From contig CM041465.1 of assembly GCA_023213395.1 (NCBI GenBank), forward strand, positions 59,341,741-59,405,740: a stretch of 64,000 bases of DNA. The letters are read 5' to 3'. The position numbers were made by a program, and so were the translations under genes. The DNA is from Cycas panzhihuaensis. Its lineage: Eukaryota; Plantae; Cycadophyta. Below the pieces are notes generated by a model, which saw only the letters and a list, made by a program, of their open reading frames with translations, was not told the origin of the DNA and made no database searches. This document shows positions 1-8,669 of this stretch, in pieces (position 1 is the first letter of the stretch; each line of letters begins with the position of its first letter).

Positions 1-600
1 ATTTCTCACAAGGCTTGCTCTCCCTATTATCCCTAAGCCAATGGCCAAGTTGAATCATTCAACAAAACCCTCATAAATATTTTAAAGAAAACCATAGCCC
101 AATCTGAAGGAGATTGGTATATCTATCTCCCTTCTGCTCTATGGGCATATTGCATGTCTATCTGCATGACTACAGGAATGACTCCTTTCTTCCTAGTCTA
201 TGGAATAGAGGTGGTTCTCCCATTGGAAGTGGAGATTCCTTCCTTACGAGTCTCTCTCTGAGGTTTTGTTGATGAAGAGTCTATTCGCTAGGCTTGCCTC
301 TTAGACCTCGAGGCCTTAGATGAGAAGTGCTTGACCGCCTACCAAGTGAACCTCGCTTCTAAGGCCAGGGTATGTGGGACATATGATAAACACCTTCATT
401 CATACCCTTTACATCCCAGGGACTACGTCCTTAAGATAGAGTATCTCCATAACCACCTGACCAAATTCGAGCCCAAATGGGTTGGCCCCTTCGTCGTCCT
501 TGAGAGCCTCGGTAATGGCGCTTATAGGATAGCAACCCTGGAGGGTCTCAAATTTGAGAAGGTCATCAATGGGAAATTCCTGAAAAAGAATTATGTATGA
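1..600 (+). pseudogene. C-terminal integrase of a Tat/Ogre-type Ty3/gypsy pol (truncated by the window edge)
   Basis: Manual translation from 19 gives SPYYP*ANGQVESFNKTLINILKK...W..YLPSALWAY...TGMTPFFLVYGIEVVLPLEVEIPSLR. ORF 331-600 ends with the GPY/F motif KFEPKWVGPF...GAYRIATLEG...VINGKFLKKNYV*. There are in-frame stops and no chromodomain. Confidence 0.93.
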
Positions 601-1964
601 CTACTTCTTTCTTTGCACTCTAAAATGAGCCTAAACTACCACCCTAGGCATGTCTCCATTCCCCCTAGTCATAGGTGGAATGGCAATTTAGGGTAGCCTC
701 CTAGCTTCTTCTGGGTTCCTCTTGTGGAACCCCTTATCCCCCTCTCTTTGGGGGCCCCATCCTCCTAATTGGGTGTGTTGTCCTTGTCACTTCTGAGCCT
801 AGAAACATTCCCCAACTAGGATAGCATGTTGGAGTATCATCACTCTCTTTTTCATTAGTGCTTCCTTTGCATATCCCGCTATGCTCCTATGTGGACATGT
901 GTGCCTCCTTGATTCCTAGCCTCACATATACCTATGGTTGATGCTCTTGGTGATTGTGTATGCACCCTTTGGGAGTGTGGCCCTACATGAAAGGAAATGT
1001 GTGCAACTCAAATAAACCTCAAACAAAAACCATATGATAATCAACTCAAAACATCATGATCTATAGCTCCTAGTTCATATGTGCAACCTCACACAATATA
1101 CACACAAATATACATATAAAAGCAAATGCAACATCATCCATCATTGTGTGTCATCATACATAGCATCATATATCAAATGGGGTACCAATGGCCTCATCTA
1201 TATACATAAAATCATAATGTGTCATATCATACAAATGGTATGGTACATCATCCATGGGAAGCCAAATCCTTACAGGGAGGAGTATAATCATGTGGTGACA
1301 TATGGTGACTCCCTGGAGGTCTAGTGCTTTCCCAAATCAAAACTGGTATCTCTTATTCTCTAATGCTATCCTACTCCTAGGGTATCATCTCATGGTCTAT
1401 GTGATCCCTCTCCTAGGGACCACATGCCTCCCAAACTCCTCCTGTGCGTATGGTAGCTCCCTGCTTCGGTCCCCTTATCCTGAGGCCTCCTCAGGGTCGT
1501 CGCCACTGTATGAGTATGAGTCTTGCTCCGTGATGACCTCGACATCATCTGGTCTACCACCTAATCATATCAAGCCTGGATATAATCCCTCTCCCTCTCT
1601 ATCCTCCAGAGCATCTCCTCCACCCCTCGGAGCTACTCCTCCATCACCGCTACCATGATATCACTCTCTACATCACCACCTACTCCTCCTTGAGCCTCTA
1701 GTGCCTGGACCTAGCCTCATAGAGCATCTCTCTCTGCTATGGTCCTATCTAGCTTGCCCTGTAGTTGCCCTACTCATTCCTTGTGCTCCTGTGACTCCAC
1801 CACCCATATATCTCTGACCATGACTAATGGGGTAAATGCTGCCATATAGTCCCCTACCAACCGTGGCTCCTCTCTTACTTGGATGGGAGGTTGCCCCTTC
1901 ACGTAGGCCTAGGGAAACATCTCTTGGACTACCGCCTCGACCAAACTCCTAATATTCACTACTC

Positions 1965-2085
1965 CTGTAAAATCCAACATGCCATATGTTAGTATATAAT
2001 CCATACATACACCAAACAAACCAAACAAAATAAAGCAACTAGATATCTAGTGATCGAAAGGTGACAGGAAAAGGTAGCATCTCAC
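1965..2085 (-). other. Intron 2 of the PMD gene (121 nt, phase 1)
   Basis: Donor AAG|GTGAGA at 2085, a T-rich body (TTTGTTTGGTTTGTTTGG), and acceptor TTTTACAG|GA at 1965. Composition shifts sharply against the purine-rich flanking exons and the frame is preserved. Confidence 0.8.
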
Positions 2086-3304
2086 CTTATGGGACTATTG
2101 GCTCTCCAACTCAGATGATCACCTCCTCCTTAGGTCCTCCTCCCACCGCCGGTACCTCCTCATCCTCTGGTACCACCTCACCAATCACTTGGCCCACCAA
2201 GGCACCTCTACCCTCCTCCATTTGTGTTGTTGCTGCCCAGGCTCTCCCCACTATCCTCAACCTCTAGACTGGTATCTAGGGTGCTCCACTGCTCCCTGCA
2301 GTCCCTGAAGGACCCGCCTCTTCTCCTGTAGCTCTGGATAGTCCTGCCTCTCCTCCTATGGTCCTTGATGAACTTGTCTCTCCACCTTTTGTTATTTATA
2401 GGCTGGCCCCATCACCTTCATCATCATAATCTCCATCACCATGGGTACCTCCTACTCCTCCTACCTTATCATTACTATCCCACCTCACCCCTCTATATAG
2501 ATCCACTGTATAGTCTTCCATGGTAAGGAGGTCTAGTGATGTCGCCTCTATTGAGCGTTAGACGTGTGCCTGGTCCTCGATTCCCCCGAACCAAGTCTGC
2601 CACCTGTGGACCATGAGAGCCTATGCTGAGATCATATGTGGTCCTCCTACTAGTGCCACTGCCTTAAAATGATCCAAGAACCAACACTACAATAACATGC
2701 TATATGATAATCCTCCTCTCCCATCCACCCTAATGGCATCTAGCTGGGTGATCAAGTTCGTCGCTATTAGTGTAGCCCAATCTAACCTCTCCCCAGCCTC
2801 CCATCTCGTCATAGTGTCCATCCACCCGTCGGGTATATCCCTATAATTCTATTTCCAGGATATCTGAAATAGAATGCACAACATAATCAACTTCCTTACC
2901 AGAGAAATCCTAGACATAATCATACTCTACATAGGAATGCCTCTCCTCTCCTACCGATCTTGGCTTGTAAAGTAGGTTAATACCTCCCTGTGTTCCATGT
3001 CATTGTTAGGTAATACCCCTAGCGATGATGGTGATCCTACTATTGGTACCCCTAGGATCCTCTGGATGTCTCCTCGCGTGACAGTGACATCTCCCACTTG
3101 GGGGAGGTGGAATACATACCTCCGTTAATCCCAGTGTGAGACTATATCCACGAGGAGGCACTGATCAGACATATAATGTGGTGTCCAGATGGCCTTTAGT
3201 AGGTCACATCTCCCCAACACTCACCTGTCCCCATGGAACATCATCTCAATAAAACTAAGCATGGCCACCCCTATGTTCTCGCGGTTATCCAACGTAATGA
3301 CCAC

Positions 3305-3803
3305 CTACAAAACACCCCAAAAATCAGTCAAAACGCATCTAAACATGTCTGCCTACCTTCATGACTACCCCTCACTCCCTCCTAGTTGAGGTCTAGCACT
3401 CCTGCAGGCCATTCTTTGTGTTTTTAATTATTTGCCTCTACACTACGCTAAACTCTGTAGTACCATAGAGTTTAGCATATGGCTCCGCTTTGTTTTCAGC
3501 ACAAACTCAGTGGCCCTATGGCAAAGTTCGTAGCACCATGATCTTTGTCATGAGGCCAGTAATACCCCCACATTAAGGGGGGTTTTCCACCCAAAAAACT
3601 GAAATTTTTTTGCCCAAGTGGGACATGCTCATGCCCACTAGGACTAGGGTTACCTAATGCCTAGATCCTCCCTCTTGTTAGGTCTAATTCAGACTCCAAG
3701 AAATTGCCATTTTCCCATAAGGGGATAAAACTATATTAAAAAGCGTTAAAAAGTCATTAAACGTAAATGACAAGATGGGTTAGGAAAGGGGTGATCCACT
3801 CAC
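3305..3803 (-). other. Intron 1 of the PMD gene (499 nt, phase 0)
   Basis: Donor CCA|GTGAGT at 3803 follows ATG-GCA-GTA-GTA-AGG-CCA-GAT-CCA. The acceptor is T-rich, ...GGGGTGTTTTGTAG|GTG, at 3305. Splicing puts the ATG in frame with the PMD motifs. Confidence 0.72.
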
Positions 3804-3987
3804 TGGATCTGGCCTTACTACTGCCATCTCATCTTCCTGATCTCGCTAGCTATCTCTGTGTCCTGATCCGATGGTCTGATCTCTCTTTGTATGTCTCTGA
3901 AGTCAGGCGGCGCTCTACTGTATAAGGAGAAGGGCTTTGAATCGATTATGAGTCCATGAAAATGAATCCCATTTTCATCGAGTTTTC

Positions 3988-3997
3988 CTTATATAAG
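3988..3997. promoter_or_regulatory. Palindromic TATA box (CTTATATAAG) between the divergent PMD and RNase H ORFs
   Basis: A perfect 10-bp palindrome gives TATATAA on both strands. It is ~160 nt upstream of the PMD ATG (3827, minus) and ~40 nt upstream of ATG 4036 (plus). Confidence 0.5.
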
Positions 3998-4035
3998 CAG
4001 GGGCCTCGACGAGCACTTCCTCTGTTTCTCTCATC

Positions 4036-4980
4036 ATGATAGCCCTTGGGACCATCGCTCTCCCCTGATCACCTTTGCCTTCTGGGTCTATCTCCTATTT
4101 TACCTTTGTGGCTCTCTTTTCTCCTTACCCTTCAAGTGCATTTATGGTGCCCCTCTCCTTGGCCCTGAAAGGCCCCTTCTATCTTATTTTACGTGCCACC
4201 TCCATATATACTCGACTTTATACTCATTTGGCTTATTTTTCCATCCTGAACCCATTTTTGCTGCTTGTTCACGCCTCTACGGCTCCCAAAGGAAGCATCC
4301 CCTCACTTGGGACCGTGCGTCAGTTCCTTAAGCAAGCTTTGGCACCTTCAGAGGGGCCTATTCACTATTGGTTCATTCCTATCCACCAAATAGTCTTCTT
4401 CACCCTTGGGTAATCTCATCTCTATGTCTTCCTACCTTTCACGACCTTTGTTGATAGCCACTTGATCATGCCCTATGACTGTTTCACATCACCGAGTTCT
4501 TTTGATCCATTGATCTTATCAGCATTTTCTCCGCCAAGACCTTCACTCCTTTTTTCATGGCATTACTCATCTTTATCGATGGTGGAAGCCACGATAACCC
4601 AGGCCCTTCCACCACCACGTGGATTTTTTGTGACCCTTCTAGACACAACTTTATGCGTTCTAGGATCTTCCTTCCCGAGGCCACCAATAATGAAGCTAAG
4701 TACATAGCTATTATTGAGGCCCTCAATGATGTGCTTCACTTCCACCGTGGACCCATCATTCTCCTCTATGACTCTTAGGTTATGGTGTCCTATCTCACCT
4801 AGGTTTATCAAGTATGATGCCCATGACTGAGAGCCCTCACCTCGACCGCTAGATCCTTGTTAGCTTGTTTTTTCATCTATTGATATCCGACACATTCCTC
4901 AGACTCTCAACATCAAGGCAGATATCCTGGTTCATCTCATCCTTGAGCGTTGCCTCCCTCTCCTTAGTAACCCACCTTGA
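4036..4980 (+). pseudogene. Stand-alone additional (archaeal-type, aRH) RNase H ORF with an uncharacterised ~170-aa N-terminal region
   Basis: ORF 4557-4778 reads IFIDGGSHDNPGP...EATNNEAKYIAIIEAL...IILLYDS, and the downstream sequence reads HIPQTLNIKADIL (RNase HI D/E/D/D pattern, E decayed to K). Upstream ORFs 4075-4413 and 4462 onward share a frame with ATG 4036. A frameshift separates them from the aRH frame. Confidence 0.82.
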
Positions 4981-5388
4981 GAGGCTTGTCTGGTCACCCG
5001 AGTGCCTAAGTCTTGGGTCATCTTGTCTTTCACATCACGATCCATTCGCACCTCTGAAAATTGATCGTTAATGAGGCTAAACTATGGCAACCACCAGGTT
5101 TATTTTCCTTACTCTACTCTTAGCATCTCTCTTAGCACATAACTCCCACTAATGTTAACTTACCTTTTGTGCATAGCACCTTATTCATGACATCTGTCTA
5201 ATCTTATGTGTATTCATCACCACCCTTCCATTATACTCTTACGATGGGGGCATCCCCCTCATTCGCTATCATTGCCTGTTGTCTATACGATGACATATAG
5301 GCAGCCCTTATATTGTCTCACCCTTGCCTCTACACCCACGTGTTCCACCATGTCACTCATTGTCTCCCTTGGCTCGCACCATTGTTAT

Positions 5389-5391
<3 letters not shown>

Positions 5392-5434
<43 letters not shown>
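5392..5434. repeat. (TA)n microsatellite
   Basis: About 21 perfect TA units. Confidence 0.97.
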
Positions 5435-5437
<3 letters not shown>

Positions 5438-5501
5438 ACTAATATTGTGTTGCCAACATTCACCATTGTATTATGCCTTTGAGATGCGAGGCTCTGATAC
5501 C

Positions 5502-5511
5502 AAGGGGGCAG
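5502..5511 (+). other. Polypurine tract of the Tat-type element
   Basis: AAGGGGGCAG lies immediately before TGTTTCC, the putative LTR start. Confidence 0.65.
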
Positions 5512-8500
5512 TGTTTCCTAGCTATTAGGAATAGGTTCTTAGCAAGTTAACTCAGGTAAGTACAGGTATACTTCTATCCTTTTCCTTTGCTACTTTTATA
5601 GAAAGGTAAATCGAAGTGTCCTTTTATTGCATGATTGATTGATACATTTGAGTGATCATCTTGCATCCATTGCTTGCTCATATTGCTTGACATTCTTTCA
5701 GCCTATGACAATTTACAGGACATGTATTCCCATGGCACTTCACAAGCCTCCTATGCACCTCCATGTTGTCTTAAGTGTTACTTAGCCTGTGTGATCCATT
5801 CATACCCACTTTACCATATCATAGCTCTTAGCGTCATGCTAGGTATGATTGGTGTATTCCTATCTGTTTGTCAGGTTCCTGGGAATCTTACCTCCCTCGT
5901 ACTCCATTTGGTCTAGGTCATCCTCTCCATATGACTATCCCCAGCCACCTAGATAGAGGGTGAGCCCCTCCTAGGCTTGGGGTACCCTTATTTAGGTCTC
6001 CTAGGTACCTTTTCTTCTCTCATTTTTACTTTTGTCACCACACTGTGGAAAATGTCATGGTATTATGGTAAACTTCATGGTACTGCGAAGTTTTCCATGG
6101 GGCGACTATTATAAAATATTTTTTCTAATATGCCATGGTAAATTTCACTTTTTTTGTGAAATTGCCATGTGGATTAGTCATCCCTTGAGTCCTAGCCTAA
6201 CCCTAATTATCCAATTAAGCTAGGGTTAGGTATAAAACCCAAAAAGACTTTATTTTCCCTCCTCTTCTTCCATCTATTCTCCTCTTTTCTCCTACTTTCA
6301 CAAGTAGTTTTCTATAGGAACACCCTGCAACATTTGAGATACCTATATCTTAGCTTGAGATCTACCTTCTTCAACTCATATCCATGGTAGTAGGCTTAAG
6401 AACAAGCTTCTCCAAGCAAGGATGCACTTCAAGTCTCACCTCCACGTGTGATCATCAAGTTTCATCAAGATTCTCTTTAGGTTTCATAGCCCTTGTAGGG
6501 AGCACCACATATCTATCCTTTTCTACCATTTTCTCAGGCAGACTTATGACTAATCTAGCCTCAATAGGTACCACCTCATGTTTATTTTATTTTATTCCTT
6601 TTAGAATCCCTAAAAGAGATTGCATTACTTCGTATACCTTTCATTTTAGAGCTTTCTAGTATATACAAGAGGCATCCCCTCCATTCTTCTGTTTCTGTCC
6701 ACATTACCTTCCTTCTTTCTCCTAGTTTCTCTAAGGAGGCTATGAGGAGAGGTCCTTAAAGAGTGAGAGAAAGGAGCCAAGGTGTGTTTCACACCTACTA
6801 GGCCTGCTCCTCAAGGGCAACCCCCTTCTCCTCTTTTCCTCTATTTCTCTTGTGCCTTTCTTGTACTACCAGGGAGCTCTCGGAAGAAGGCCATTGCTGG
6901 TATTAGTGTACGCAACCTCACTTGGGAAGAGTTTCCAACTGTGAGTTATGTCACATATTAACTTTGGGTTTTGGCTTGGTCAAAGTTACAAAACGCTGCA
7001 CATTGCAACATTTGCAACATAGATAGTATTTACAAACCCTATGATATCTATTTCTCCCATTGTTTGCTACCATTAGGCTATCCCAATTTACTGCTCTTGT
7101 GCTTAGAGGTAGCTTGGAGGTGTATATATTAGAGGACTAGCCATTCCAAGGCTAACCATCCACGTCCTTTGTCTTGTATTGCTTGTATAAAGGAGATTAG
7201 AAGTTGTTCCTTAGTTGGAAATTTACTTGATTTAAAGTGATATGCTTACAACATTCTTAGCATTTTGCATCTACGTATATATATATTTGTTTGGCACTCT
7301 AGTAGCCCCTTGGATAAGGGTAGATAAACTTTGTGATTGCAGGCTTCACCATGTCACTCACAAAGAAGGAAGAACCACTTCAATCTAGGTATGTCTCTTA
7401 CCCTTCCTTTCCTTAGTCATTTCTGCTTCTAGCATAGTCTTTCATTTTACCTTTCTTGCCTTTTCTTTTCAATTCAAGGAAGGTAAGGGAGCCCCAACTC
7501 CATTGCTCTACACTACCCATGCATTGGGAGAAGGAAAGGGACAAGCAATCATGGCATAAGATAGCATCCTTGTTTTAGCTGCATAACTTTCCAGGTACAC
7601 TGCCCTCCTTTTTTCATAACTGTTTCCCTTTTCTTTTCTTAAGTTTGCTTGCTTGCATAACCAAAACATAAAAAGAAAAGAGGAAAGGAACTTATTTACA
7701 CCTACCTTTTGTATATGTATGCTATGCTTGCATCCTTAGGAAAGAGCATGAGATAGGACTATCCCCTCTTTCTTTCCGCTTGATTGCATACCACCCTTTT
7801 AGGCTTTACATCTTTAGTATGCATGTGCGTGCTTGCATGGTTTTCCTTCTCTATGCCCTTTTTCTATTCAAAGTGAAAAGAGAGTAAGGATGTGCATTCA
7901 AGGGAAAATAACAGAGTATATTTGTTATTTTTATATACGTCTTCCATTTCTTATCTACAAATACTGCTAGGTGGATATCATTTCACCCTCATATACCAAA
8001 AGTTGAATGTTTTACTTGTGAGATGGTGAAAGCTACTTTTTCCATCATCCTTTATCCCCTCCAAACTCACTTTAGGTGGGTTAGCCTAGGAGGATTCGTC
8101 CTCTAGCACATCCTCCTCTAACCCCATTGTACTCACCTTGCCTAAATCATATTGACACCTTCTCCTTTAGGTTGGTCTCATGCGTGAGGTGGTTATTCAA
8201 CACCACCCTTACAAGTGTGTACCTCCCGTGCCACTTGTCTACGCACATTCTATTCATATTTCTTCACTTCCCATGAGGATCCATTCCCTCGTTTGGTATT
8301 TCCCTTCCCTTCCGGATATCCAAGGGTAGGAAGACCTACATCTTGAGGTTACTCAGGAAACCAAGGATATCCCTCATATGTGCTACCCCCAAAACCAAAA
8401 TCAAGTTACCTAGAGAGAAGTTGTGTGCCATTTGTGGGTCCCGAACCTATGTTCCAATGCACAGATGCCCTGTGTGGGTGATTTCCTTACTTATTGGATT

Positions 8501-8669
8501 GACTATATTCTCTAGATCCTTTTTTTGACCAACTTAATCCTAACCAGGTGTAGTTACCATCCCATAGACGCGATTCCATCTTCTTAGAGGTTGGTTGAAA
8601 GGTCCACGCTTGAGACATCTTACCATTAGTTCCTTTTCATATAGATCTAATAGGTGGTTAGTCCCAACA
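5512..8669 (+). repeat. Probable 3' LTR (~3.1 kb) of the Tat-type element
   Basis: Starts with TG after the PPT and has TATAAAA at ~6231 followed by a CT-rich leader. It is non-coding and ends ...GTCCCAACA, just where unrelated chromoviral RT sequence begins. The partner LTR is outside the window, so the ends are unverified. Confidence 0.55.

Larger units (their letters stand above)
1288..3827 (-). pseudogene. Spliced Plant Mobile Domain (PMD, aminotransferase-like; MAIN/MAIL1 family) gene, antisense within the retrotransposon 3' region; exons 3827-3804, 3304-2086, 1964-1288
   Basis: Exon 2 reads LLVDIVSHWD*RRYVFHLPQVGDVTVTRGDIQRILGVPIVG and RLDWATLIATNLITQL...GGLSYSMLL*CWFLDHF, matching PMD motifs (W...F.LP.GE.T.TL.DV..ILGLP..G; .SWG..LA.L...L; LLQ.W). 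An acidic Gly-rich linker and a coiled-coil-like exon 3 follow (LQGKLDRTIAERDAL; EEMLWRIERERDYIQ). The joined exons total 1920 nt in one frame, with about 20 or more stops of C>T type. The 3' end is approximate. Confidence 0.85.

Noticed and set aside
1302-2267. Plus-strand Pro/Ser-rich ORFs (1302-1658, 2061-2267) as genes
   Set aside because: They are shadows of the purine-rich minus-strand PMD exons.
1288-3827. PMD gene as a host MAIN/MAIL-like gene
   Set aside because: It lies between integrase and the PPT/LTR and has decayed like the rest of the element.
4484-4811. Minus-strand ORFs 4484-4726 and 4563-4811
   Set aside because: They are antisense to the RNase H frame, which carries the catalytic motifs.
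5490-5502. A tRNA-Met gene
   Set aside because: Only the last 13 nt match. No cloverleaf or A/B boxes are visible.
5206-5528. ORFs with YIYIYI runs (also 15100-15300 and 40493-40807)
   Set aside because: They are translations of dinucleotide microsatellites.
8343-8528. ORF with CAICGS..H.C as a zinc finger gene
   Set aside because: It is short, lacks an ATG, lies in the presumed LTR and has no supporting context.
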